NCBI GenBank assembly: GCA_040285825.1
Contig: JAUPSS010000015.1
Location: 31,392-95,391 of the forward strand
DNA from: Eukaryota sp. TZLM1-RC
Taxonomy: Eukaryota; Protista; Metamonada: BaSk clade
DNA length: 64,000 bases
Direction: 5' to 3'
This document shows positions 50,401-63,410 of the stretch, one piece after another. How positions within the stretch are numbered: position 1 is the first letter of the stretch; each line of letters opens with the position of its first letter. The notes under the pieces were generated by a model. That model saw only the letters and a list, made by a program, of their open reading frames with translations, was not told where the DNA came from and did not search any database. The translations under genes were made by a program, and so were the position numbers.

Positions 50401-52866
50401 CAATCTTTTTCTGTAATGTTCGAAGAGTGTACTTCAAATTTAAAACATTTTTTTCTGGAATATTGCCATTGAATGATTGGGGAAAACATCGACCCCATTT
50501 TTTTCTACATCAATTCTTGAAATTTCTTCATTTAATGCAAAAAAACAGTGGAACTTTGCGTTGTCATCAATAAATCTTCCCAATCTGCAAATCTTTCGGA
50601 AAACTCAAAGATTGCATTTCTGCATCCACCAACAAAAAGCACCCGAGGTAAGAATAGAAGCCTTCGTTCACCCTAAACCACCATAATGTGGACTAAGGTA
50701 AGCATGATCTGGAATTTGAAACATTTTACATCCCAGTAATTGAGACAGAACTTTTTGCACGTAACTCATTCAACTTTTTGAGCCAAAGGTCTAGTGACGA
50801 GAGGATTTGTAGATCGAAATATATGATTAAAATTGGAACTAAAAACACAGTCTTATAATGGTAAATTTGATGTGTTTTTTTATATCTAAATTCATCATTC
50901 GGTCAATTTTGTCAGAAATTGAGTTCAACTTTTCAAACAATTTTTTTGGTAATTTCATCATTATTTCCTAAAAAAACGAACCCAAATGACGAATAGCATC
51001 AATTGAATATAATTTGGCTTGAATTTCAATATCATCAATTATTGTGGAAACTGGAGAATTCGATAACAAAACACATTTAAGTAAAATTAAGTCGGAGACC
51101 AATTTTTGGTAAATAATTCTTTAAAACATACAGTTGCTTTTTTTCACAATATCTAAATCACCAATAAGCACAACATCATCCATATATGCAATCATTTTTT
51201 TAGTGAAGGAAACATCTCTTGAATTTGCAGTAGAATAGGATGAATGGCCAAACAAAAACAAAAGAGGTCCTAACGGATCTCCTTGCTTTACGCCACTTGA
51301 TGAACTCAAAATGTTGTTACCAAAATGTAAATTAGAATATGTGCAATATGTTGATTGAAAATATGGTATTAATTCCGGCATATATTGCAATAGAGCACCA
51401 TGGATACTGCGACGACTTAGTGAATTGAAAGCATTACTAAAATCCAATGACATGCAAACATTGGATTCATTTTTGACGAAATAAGACATCAGTAGCAAAA
51501 AAATCGCTGAAGAGACTCCATCTGTAGTATTTATACCATATTGAAAGGGTAATAAAATCTTTTTAGCTTTTTCATTGAACCTGCTTAAAGCAACACGCAG
51601 AAAAAAATATTGTGTAAGCTCTCAGAGACTGCAATAGGACGAACATCCATTTTTTTGAATTTTTTTGACAAGTGCAGTCAAACGAGAACTTCTTAATTCT
51701 TCTGGGTATTTGCGTTGACCAGATAATATTTGGTTGAAAAAAATTTGGTCAATAAACCAAGGCAATCTTCTGAAGAAATAATCGCGGCTTTTTACATGAT
51801 CAATAGTAATACCAGAAAGTCCGGCAGACTTACCACGAGGTCTCTTTTTGATAACCGAAAAAAACTTCTGATGGCATCAATGGATAATTTTTCCCAGTAT
51901 GTGCCGTAAAAATTTTTGATCCATTATAGGGTCTTCATAAGGATGAAGTATTTTCAGTTTATCTATTGTATTTTTCATTGTTCGGTGCTTTAACTCCGGG
52001 ACTTAAAGCTGACAAAAGCCTTGGACCATTTGTTGTCAAAGCATTTGTCTTCAAAAAAATTTTACTTAATTTCTCGGATGACTGATTTCTCGGTGCTATA
52101 TTAGTTAAATCTTCGGAAATATTAACAAAAATTTTTTGTTCAAAAAGGAGGACAAAAAGAACCAAAAAAATTCCCAAATAATATTGATAGCATACTTTCC
52201 TTTACATAATTGATCCAAAAATCTTTGAAAAAAACGAAAAGCAAATTCATTGCATTTGGTCGGATGAATTTCTTGAGGTATTCTTATAGGAGGATGGTAG
52301 TTATCAACTATGCGGCATTTCAAGCAGCGGTCAGAAGTTTTTTTCCTTTTGCATTTTTTTCTAAAAGAAATACCACAAGTGTTGCAAGTTTTGTGCTTTT
52401 AAACGGTTGCAAACTGGTTTTGCAACAATTTGTGGAGCATTATTTATGGGTTCTACCTTAGACTCTTTTCCTTCTAATAAATTTTTCTTTTTACATTTTG
52501 GTTCAGAATTTGCCGCATCATTTTTTTCCAACATTGGGGCATGTTCGAGCATTATGTCCCTGTTGTCGACACTTTGAGCATCTGTAGGAGCGTGGCTTTT
52601 GTTTTTTGAACAAACTTTGTTTTTCATCGTGATTGTCTAAAAATTCTTGATCAGAATTTTTTTGTCCAAAAAAATGAAGAGAAGAGGTTGAGGAGGAGAG
52701 GTGGAAAAGGACGTCTTGAGCATCTTGTTGACTATCGTTCTTTCTTTTGACTCCATTAGAATCAGAAACTGATTCAGGCATCAACAAGAAAGAATAGAAG
52801 CAATGATCTCAGTTCAGCCAGGTTTTAAGTTAAACGGTTATATGTAGAGGAAAGTAGAGAAAAAAA
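47412..52866 (-). mobile_element. Family C full-length element (copy 1) in a B monomer; A+ insertion (47468-49497) in its 3' UTR
   Basis: TSD TCTAGAGAATTC (47400-47411 / 52867-52878); A insert TSD TATGGGACGAC (47457-47467 / 49498-49508). Confidence 0.88.
49514..52781 (-). pseudogene. Family C single ORF (~1080 codons): N-terminal CCHC knuckle, Cys cluster, RT, endonuclease; many homopolymer frameshifts
   Basis: YRCSKCRQQGHNARTCP, CNTCG..CLKC, LDFSNAFNS, GVKQGDPLGP, AYMDD, HALNC..HDAVRD, RGDVYC. Confidence 0.75.
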
Positions 52867-54250
52867 TCTAGAGAATTCAAATACAAAAATTTTTTTCCAC
52901 CACCAATAAATGCAGCTTTGGTCAAATATTTTTGATGAATTGAATCCAACACCTTTTTACAATCATTTCAAAATCATCCAAAAAAACCTAAAGCAGTTCG
53001 TGCAAAGTAAAACCAAAAAGGGAAAGTACAAATGGATACAAATTGTATTTTTGCATGCTGTAGACTAGCCAATTTGGACAAAAGGTTCATTGTATTTTGT
53101 TAATGAAAAAAATTTTTAATTTATTGTTAAACTACAGTCTAAAAGTCAATATCTTCAAAACAAGCTTCCACACCATCAAACCACACAACAGCAATTTCTT
53201 CGTAATGTGCACTGACAGACATCAAAGCTTTCGAAATCATTTTTAGGAATTGATTTGAAAATGGTAAAAAAACAATACGATTTAGCCACAAGCGACGATC
53301 AAAACGCTTATTCATTCTTCTTTTTCACAAGATTTTTCAAAATCATCAATAAAATTCATAGCAGTTTTTTTCCAAGACGACCATACAACGATATAGCAAA
53401 TGGGCAAATTTGGTAATCTACATGGCGAACATGTTTCAATTCTTTTTAAAGGATTTGCATATTTTTTTCCGTTTGTACAATTCGGAGTCATCAAGGGGGG
53501 GATACTTCAGATTGAGCATTTTTTTCAAGGCATTTTTTTCTTGCAAACATCCACTGTTACGACATCAACAACATTCATGACATCATCAAACGAGGGCACA
53601 ACAACATCAGCACGTCGTTTTTCCATATTCTGAATCTCTTACGCTTTCATTTTATATCAAGAGACCTCAACAAAGGTTCTACAAAAGATTCAATATGATA
53701 GGAATTACACATTGCATGGATTTGATCTCTGACTGCATCATGCAACGTAGAACGATAGGAAATAAATCTATTACAATTAAATAAATGTGATAATGTTAAA
53801 ACCAGCTCCACAATTTGCAAAACAAATCATTGGGCAAATTACAAGGCCATAAATAACAACGCATTCTCATAGCAGTGGTCCATTGGTCGTCATTCAAAAA
53901 AATAGGCCAAAAAAATCTGGGGAATTTGATTTATCAAAACTGCAGATGAATTGTCCTTCAAATCAATCAAAATAATTTGCAAAAGCAGGATTTTTCTTTC
54001 TTAGCCGTGCTAAGTCGAACAATAAAATCCTTGCTTTCAAATTTTCTCAAAAGGATGTCGATGGAGCTTTGTCAACGCAAATTTTAATGAATACAAACTT
54101 CTGTCTGGAATTTCTTGAATGGATATGGGGAAACATGATTGCCATAAGTCGGGAGATAAACTGGATATTTCTTCTCTTAAGTTATCGAGGAATAAGCTAT
54201 TTGTAGTTTCAAGAAGATTTTTCGGCAAAAGGATATCTTCTAGAGAATTC

Positions 54251-57200
54251 TTGTATTTATTGAATTTGCACACTTGATTAAATTAAATCATAACTAATGG
54301 GACGACTATCATTAAACCAAGATTTCCTCTACAAAATCTTGATTTGCTTGCTGTCTAGCTAAAGCTTCTCTAATTCGATTGAAAAAAACCGCGGTAATCT
54401 ATTAATAATGGCAAATTGAGTCCGTGAACGCCATAAAAAAATATCAAAATCTTTTTCATTGTTTTTTTCTTTCACCATTTTTTTGGAAGTCATCCAAAAA
54501 AAGTTTCTGCTTCAACTGATAATCTTCCATTTATCGAAAATGGGAAAGCAATAAAAAAACCAGCTGTGTATTTCTATCGACATTTGCATCTTCAATTTCT
54601 TTATCATATTTTTCTATGTTTTTCTTTTTGCTTTAAAAATCCAGAGCAGCCACAGGATTAAGTTTTTCTTCTGTGAACCAAAGTATCGTTTGCAACATTA
54701 CATGAGACAAAGTCAACAATAGCTTCAGAATTATCAATCCAATCACAGTATACATCACCTCTGTCATCAGAACCAAAAATTATTCAGAGAAAGTGTTTCC
54801 TTCAGCAGGGGCTCTTTGATACACGATATCCTAGCAGTTTGTGCCATATTGAAAACAGTGTCTCTAACAGCATCATGTAATGAAGAACGATAAGTTATCA
54901 ATTTAGAGCAATTTAGAGCATGGCGCAAAGTGAGTTGAGGTGAATTCGAACAAATACATTTTTTTCTTTTGATAATAATTGGTTAATGGGGATGTTCAAA
55001 TATAATCTCATTTTTGTTACAAATGCTTCATTAGTGGCACACAATCCAAATCTTCGTGGTACAATGGTTACAAAAAGTGAAGAATCTGACGCCTTGTTTT
55101 CACAAACACCCTTTTTCCAATAACAATGAGTGAAGATCTTGATTTAAAAACAGCCGAGCTGCAAATATTATTATAAAGATCTTTTTCATACATTCCAGTC
55201 AATCTTTTTCTGTAATGTTCGAAGAGTGTACTTCAAATTTAAAACATTTTTTTCTGGAATATTGCCATTGAATGATTGGGGAAAAACATCGACCCCATTT
55301 TTTTCTACATCAATTCTTGAAATTTCTTCATTTAATGCAAAAAAACAGTGGAACTTTGCGTTGTCATCAATAAATCTTCCCAATCTGCAAATCTTTCGGA
55401 AAACTCAAAGATTGCATTTCTGCATCCACCAACAAAAAGCACACGAGGTAAGAATAGAAGCCTTCGTCCACCCTAAACCACCATAATGTGGACTAAGGTA
55501 AGCATGATCTGGAATTTGACACATTTTACATCCCAGTAATTGAGACAGAACTTTTTGCACGTAACTCATTAAACTTTTTGAGCCAAAGGTCTAGTGACGA
55601 GAGGATTTGTAGATCGAAATATATGATTAAAATTGGAACTAAAAACACAGTCTTATAATGGTAAATTTGATGTGTTTTTTTATATCTAAATTCATCATTC
55701 GGTCAATTTTGTCAGAAATTGAGTTCAACTTTTCAAAACAATTTTTTTGGTAATTTCATCATTATTTCCTAAAAACGAACCCAAATGACGAATAGCATCA
55801 ATTGAATATAATTTGGCTTGAATTTCAATATCATCAATTATTGTGGAAACTGGAGAATTCGATAACAAAACACATTTAAGTAAATTAAGTCGGAGACCAA
55901 TTTTTTAACTAAAACTTTTTATTCAACAACAAATATGAAATACACAATTAAAACTCCACATCCTCAAAACCTGCCTCCCTACATCAAAACAATTAATCGC
56001 TAAAGATTCAGAAAATTTCCCAAAAGAAGATAGTGAATCAGAAATTAGTGTTACCATTCCCTTAAAAATAGAAAAATACAATCCTGTTTTTGCCAGTAAA
56101 CACGATTGAAAATTCTTCCAGTTCTTTCCTTTACAACTACAACAAAATCCTCAAGGAAAGCCATAGCAGCCTTACCTAGAGATCCAAGCAAAAGAAAAAA
56201 ACAAATGGACATAAAATTATATTGGGCATGAGAATTTTTCATTAACCGAGGAAATGGGTTTCGCATATTTAGCAATTTTTATATTTTTTTCGCCTGCAAG
56301 AAGAGGATTATTTACATCCGAGTTAATGAAATGTTCGTTAGAGGAATTACAAGGGTCAATAGACATGGCGTCCAAAATAGTAAAACTACCATTTTAAACC
56401 AGGAACAACTAGATCACCTCTAGTCAGACCCATAGAAGCTCTGTTGTAACGCATACTATCAATATTGGGATCATCAAGAATTAATTTTTGATAACAGCGG
56501 TTCTAAAAAGGAATCTACACGATATGATTTGCACATTACATAAATTTGGTCCCTGACGTTATTATGCACTTTGCTTCTAAACGTAATGAAATGTTTACAG
56601 TTCAAAAGATGAGTAAACAAAAGAGGTTTACCACATTTACAAGTTAAATGATTGGGCAAATTGTTTGGCCACAGAAAACAACGAAAAACGCATGTTTAGA
56701 AGCCATTCATTGTCTTTTTAACAAAAGTCCATAAACAGAGGAACTTGAGTTACTAAAAGCAGCAGCTGAACTATCACGAATATCCTTTAAAAAAATTACC
56801 GAAAGCGGGATTTTTTTAGTTTTGGCCAAGCCAAGTCTAGACCAATTTTGGTAAATAATTCTTTAAAACATACAGTTGCTTTTTTCACAATATTTAAATC
56901 ACCAATAAGCACAACATCATCCATATATGCAATCATTTTTAGTGAAGGAAACATCTCTTGAATTTGCAGTAGAATAGGATGAATGGCCAAAACAAAAACA
57001 AAAGAGGTCCTAACGGATCTCCTTGCTTTACGCCACTTGATGAACTCAAAATGTTGTTACCAAAATGTAAATTAGAATATGTGCAATATGTTGATTGAAA
57101 ATATGGTATTAATTCCGGCATATATTGCAATAGAGCACCATGGATACTGCGACGACTTAGTGAATTGAAAGCATTACTAAAATCCAATGACATGCAAACA

Positions 57201-58602
57201 TTGGATTCATTTTGACGAAATAAGACATCAGTAGCAAAAAAATCGCTGAAGAGACTCCATCTGTAGTATTTATACCATATTGAAAGGGTAATAAAATCTT
57301 TTTTTAGCTTTTTTTCATTGAACCTGCTTAAGCAACACGCAGAAAAAAAATATTGTGTAAGCTCTCAGAGACTGCAATAGGGAGGAACATCCATTTTTGA
57401 ATTTTTTTGACAAGTGCAGTCAAACGAGAACTTCTTAATTCTTCTGGGTATTTGCGTTGACCAGATAATATTTGGTTGAAAAATTTGGTCAATAAACCAA
57501 GGCAATCTTCTGAAGAAATAATCACGGCTTTTACATGATCAATAGTAATACCAGAAAGTCCGGCAGACTTACCACGAGGTCTCTTTTTTTGATAACCGAA
57601 AAAAACTTCTGATGGCATCAATGGATAATTTTTCCCAGTATGTGCCGTAAAAATTTTTGATCCATTATAGGGTCTTCATAAGGATGAAGTATTTTTCAGT
57701 TTATCTATTGTATTTTTCATTGTTCGGTGCTTTAACTCCGGGACTTAAAAGCTGACAAAGCCTTGGACCATTTGTTGTCAAAGCATTTGTCTTCAAAAAA
57801 ATTTTACTTAATTTCTCGGATGACTGATTTCTCGGTGCTATATTAGTTAAATCTTCGGAAATATTAACAAAAATTTTTGTTCAAAAGGAGGACAAAAAAA
57901 GAACCAAAAAAATTCCCAAATAATATTGATAGCATACTTTCCTTTACATAATTGATCCAAAAATCTTTGAAAAAAACGAAAAGCAAATTCATTGCATTTG
58001 GTCGGATGAATTTCTTGAGGTATTCTTATAGGAGGATGGTAGTTATCAACTATGCGGCATTTCAAGCAGCGGTCAGAAGTTTTTTCCTTTTGCATTTTTT
58101 TCTAAAAGAAATACCACAAGTGTTGCAAGTTTTGTGCTTTAAACGGTTGCAAACTGGTTTTGCAACAATTTGTGGAGCATTATTTATGGGTTCTACCTTA
58201 GACTCTTTCCTTCTAATAAATTTTCTTTTACATTTTGGTTCAGAATTTGCCGCATCATTTTTTTCCAACATTGGGGCATGTTCGAGCATTATGTCCCTGT
58301 TGTCGACACTTTGAGCATCTGTAGGAGCGTGGCTTTGTTTTTTTGAACAAACTTTGTTTTCATCGTGATTGTCTAAAAATTCTTGATCAGAATTTTTTTG
58401 TCCAAAAAAATAAAAGAGAGGTTGAGGAGGAGAGGTGGAAAAGGACGTCTTGAGCATCTTGTTGACTATCGTTCTTTCTTTTGACTCCATTAGAATCAGA
58501 AACTGATTCAGGCATCAACAAGAAAAGAATAGAAGCAATGATCTCAGTTCAGCCAGGTTTTAAGTTAAACGGTTATATGTAGAGGAAAAATAGAGAAAAA
58601 AA
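54251..58602 (-). mobile_element. Family C full-length element (copy 2) with a nested family E
   Basis: Same TSD TCTAGAGAATTC (54239-54250 / 58603-58614). Confidence 0.88.
55905..56838 (-). mobile_element. Family E 5'-truncated copy
   Basis: CKCG..HLLNC..VHNNVRDQ; TSD AGACCAATTTT (55894-55904 / 56839-56849). Confidence 0.82.
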
Positions 58603-58689
58603 TCTAGAGAATTCAAATACAAAAATTTTTTTCCACCACCAATAAATGCAGCTTTGGTCAAATATTTTTGATGAATTGAATCCAACACC

Positions 58690-61600
58690 TTTTTACAATC
58701 ATTTCAAAATCATCCAAAAAAACGTAAAGCAGTTGGTGCAAGTGAACCAAAAAGGGAAAGTACAAATGGATACAAATTGTATTTTTGCATGCTGTAGACT
58801 GGCCAATTTGGACAAAGGTTCATTGTATTTTTGTTAATGAAAAATTTTTAATTTATTATTAAACTACAGTCTAAAAGTCAATATCTTCAAAAACAAGCTT
58901 CCACACCATCAAACCTCACAACAGCAATTTCTTCGTAATGTGCACTGACAGACATCAAAGCTTTCGAAATCATTTTTAGGAATTGATTTGAAAATAGTAA
59001 AAACAATACGATTTAGCCACAAGCGACGATCAAAACGCTTATTCATTCTTCTTTTTCACAAGATTTTTCAAAATCATCAATAAAATTCATAGCAGTTTTT
59101 CCAAGACGACCATACAACGATATAGCAAATGGGCGAATTTGGTAATCTACATGGCGAACATGTTTCAATTCTTTTTAAAGGATTTGCATATTTTTTTCCG
59201 TTTGTACAATTCGGAGTCATCAAGGGGGATACTTCAGATTGAGCATTTTTTTCAAGGCATTTTTTTCTTGCAAACATCCACTGTTACGACATCAACAACA
59301 TTCATGACATCATCAAACGAGGGCACAACAACATCAGCACGTCGTTTTTCCATATTCTGAATCTCTTGCGCTTTCATTTTATATCAAGAGACCTCAACAA
59401 AGGTTCTACAAAAGATTCAATATGATAGGAATTACACATTGCATGGATTTGATCTCTGACTGCATCATGCAACGTAGAACGATAGGAAATAAATCTATTA
59501 CAATTAAATAAATGTGATAATGTTAAACCAGCTCCACATTTGCAAAACAAATCATTGGGCAAATTACAAGGCCATAAATAACAACGCATTCTCATAGCAG
59601 TGGTCCATTGGTCGTCATTCAAAAATAGGACAAAAAAATCTGGGGAATTTGATTTATCAAAACTGTCCTTCAAATCAATCAAAAAATTTGCAAAAGCAGG
59701 ATTTTCTTTCTTAGCCGTGCTAAGTCGAACAATAAAATCCTTGCTTTCAAATTTTCTCAAAAGATGTCGTTGGAGCTTTTTCAACGCAAATTTTAATGAA
59801 TACAAACTTCTGTCTGGAATTTCTTGAATGGATATGGGGAAACATGATTGCCATAAGTCGGGAGATAAACTGGATATTTCTTCTCTTAAGTTATCGAGGA
59901 ATAAGCTATTTGTAGTTTCAAGAAGATTTTTCGGCAAAAGGATATCTTCTAGAGAATTCAAATACAAAATTTTTTTCCACCACCAATAAATGCAGCTTTG
60001 GTCAAATATTTTTGATGAATTGAATCCAACACCTTTTTACAATCATTTCAAAATCATCCAAAAACCTAAAGCAGTTCGTGCAAGTAAACCAAAAAGGGAA
60101 AGTACAAATGGATACAAATTGTATTTTTGCATGCTGTAGACTAGCCAATTTGGACAAAAGGTTCATTGTATTTTTGTTAATGAAAAATTTTTAATTTATT
60201 ATTAAACTACAGTCTAAAAGTCAATATCTTCAAAACAAGCTTCCACACCATCAAACCTCACAACAGCAATTTCTTCGTAATGTGCACTGACAGACATCAA
60301 AGCTTTCGAAATCATTTTTAGGAATTGATTTGAAAAATAGTAAAAACAATACGATTTAGCCACAAGCGACGATCAAAACGCTTATTCATTCTTCTTTTTC
60401 ACAAGATTTTTCAAAATCATCAATAAAAATTCATAGCAGTTTTTCCAAGACGACCATACAACGATATAGCAAATGGGCGAATTTGGTAATCTACATGGCG
60501 AACATGTTTCAATTCTTTTTAAAGGATTTGCATATTTTTTTCCGTTTGTACAATTCAGAGTCATCAAGGGGGATACTTCAGATTGAGCATTTTTCAAGGC
60601 ATTTTTTTCTTGCAAACATCCACTGTTACGACATCAACAACATTCATGACATCATCAAACGAGGGCACAACAACATCAGCACGTCGTTTTTCCATATTCT
60701 GAATCTCTTACGCTTTCATTTTATATCAAGAGACCTCAACAAAGGTTCTACAAAAGATTCAATATGATAGAATTACACATTGCATGGATTTTGATCTCTG
60801 ACTGCATCATGCAACGTAGAACGATAGGAAATAAATCTGTTACAATTAAATAAATGTGATAATGTTAAACCAGCTCCACATTTGCAAAACAAATCATTGG
60901 GCAAATTACAAGGCCATAAATAACAACGCATTCTCATAGCAGTGGTCCATTGGTCGTCATTCAAAAAAATAGGACAAAAATCTGGGGAATTTGATTTATC
61001 AAAACTGCAGATGAACTGTCCTTCAAATCAATCAAAAAAATTTGCAAAAGCAGGATTTTTCTTTCTTAGCCGTGCTAAGTCGAACAATAAAATCCTTGCT
61101 TTCAAATTTTTCTCAAAAAGATGTCGTTGGAGCTTTTTCAACGCAAATTTTAATGAATACAAACTTCTGTCTGGAATTTCTTGAATGGATATGGAAACAT
61201 GATTGCCATAAGTCGGGAGATAAACTGGATATTTCTTCTCTTAAGTTATCGAGGAATAAGCTATTTGTAGTTTCAGAAGATTTTTCGGCAAAAGGATATC
61301 TTCTAGAGAATTCAAATACAAAAATTTTTCCACCACCAATAAATGCAGCTTTGGTCAAATATTTTTGATGAATTGAATCAACACCTTTTTACAATCATTT
61401 CAAAATCATCCAAAACCTAAAGCAGTTCGTGCAAGTAAACCAAAAAGGAAAGTACAAATGGATACAAATTGTATTTTTGCATGCTGTAGACTGGCCAATT
61501 TGGACAAAAGGTTCATTGTATTTTGTTAATGAAAAATTTTTAATTTATTATTAAACTACAGTCTAAAAGTCAATATCTTCAAAACAAAGCTTCCACACCA

Positions 61601-62306
61601 TCAAACCTCACAGCAGCAATTTCTTCGTAATGTGCTGACAGACATCAAAGCTTTCGAAATCATTTTTAGGAATTGATTTGAAAATAGTAAAAACAATACG
61701 ATTTAGCCACAAGCGACGATCAAAACGCTTATTCATTCTTCTTTTCACAAGATTTTCAAAATCATCAATAAAATTCATAGCAGTTTTTCCAAGACGACCA
61801 TACAACGATATAGCAAATGGGCGAATTTGGTAATCTACATGGCGAACATGTTTCAATTCTTTTAAAGGATTTGCATATTTTTTCCGTTTGTACAATTTGG
61901 AGTCATCAAGGGGGGATACTTCAGATTGAGCATTTTTCAAGGCATTTTTCTTGCAAACATCCACTGACATTCATAACATCATCAAACGAGGGCACAACAA
62001 CATCAGCACGTCGTTTTCCATATTCTGAATCTCTTGCGCTTTCATTTATATCAAGAGACCTCAACAAAGGTTCTACAAAGATTCAATATGATAGGAATTA
62101 CACATTGCATGGATCTGATCTCTGACTGCATCATGCAATGTAGAACGATAGGAAATAAATCTATTACAATTAAATAAATGTGATAATGTTAAACCAGCTC
62201 ACATTTGCAAAACAAATCATTGGGCAAATTACAAGACCATAAATAACAACGCATTCTCATAGCATGGTCCATTGGTCGTCATTCAAAAATAGGCCAAAAA
62301 TCTGGG
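58690..62306 (-). repeat. Tandem run of 1.36-kb chimeric monomers (two complete, one partial)
   Basis: Junction repeats at ~58688, ~60032 and ~61384. Confidence 0.85.
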
Positions 62307-62339
62307 AATACGAGATGGAATACGAATGGAATACGCTTG

Positions 62340-63410
62340 GTGCTGTTGGTGAATCTCTTTCTCATTTGCTAGCATCAATTGTCTTTGATCGTGTCAAAGA
62401 CAAAACTTCTACATTTTTGAATCCTCATCAATTTGGAATCAAAACAATTGATGGTGCTTCTGTTGCTGCTATTGCCTCTGATACCTAATGCAGAGGAAAA
62501 TAATTTTTATTTTTAATCTCGACTTTAAAAATGCTTTTAATTCTGTAAGCGAGAAGCAATTTTTGAAGTTATTAAATCTGATTTTCCTGAGCTATCGAGT
62601 TTTTCTACCATTTTTATGGGAAAAAGAATCAGATTTAATTTTTAATTCATTTGGTCTTAAATCATCTTCTGGAGTGAAGCAGGGAGATCCTTTAGGCCCA
62701 TTATTGTTTTGTTTAGCTATTCACAAAACTTTAAATATCATTAAAGCAAAAATACCCTTCTATAAAAATAGTTGCTATATGGATGATATATCATGATTGG
62801 TTCATTTGATTTACTAGAATTGGTTGCTCAAAGAAATTGCCGATTCATATGAAAATATTGAGCTTCATCTTAATGCCAGCAAATGCCTTCTGATTGGCTC
62901 TTCTGCTCAAGACCTCGTGATAAACGATTCTATTGTCCCTTTACTAATTATAGTAGTGATGCTTTTTAAGTTCCTTGGTTGTTGGTTAGGAAATGTGCCT
63001 CAAATTCAGAATGAATTGCAAGTTATTTTGGAAAAATGAAAAATTGAACTTGATTCAATTTCTTCTTTAGATATAGAAAAAGCATATTAAATTTTTCATG
63101 CTTAAAATTTGCTACACTGGGAGGATAACCACATTTTGAGATCTTGTGCTCCTTCCATAGCATTAGATTTTGTCGTTCTTTTAATTCATTTGAGAACAGA
63201 ATTTTTGCTGATTTATTGGATGTAGAACCAGGAATGTTGAAAAGCCATTTATTTTTCTTCAGCAAATTTGGGTGGTATTGGTTTTTACTAAATCTTCAAT
63301 TTTTGTGTCCAATCAGCATTCTTGGGTGGTGGCAAAAATTTTATTTATGAATCTTTTCTCGTAGATTTCCTGATGATTCTCATCTGTTGGTCCCCAAATT
63401 GTAGCTCTAT
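62340..63410 (+). mobile_element. Family A internal RT fragment
   Basis: AVGE, QFG, LDFKNAFNS, QGDPLGP, YMDD. Confidence 0.8.
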
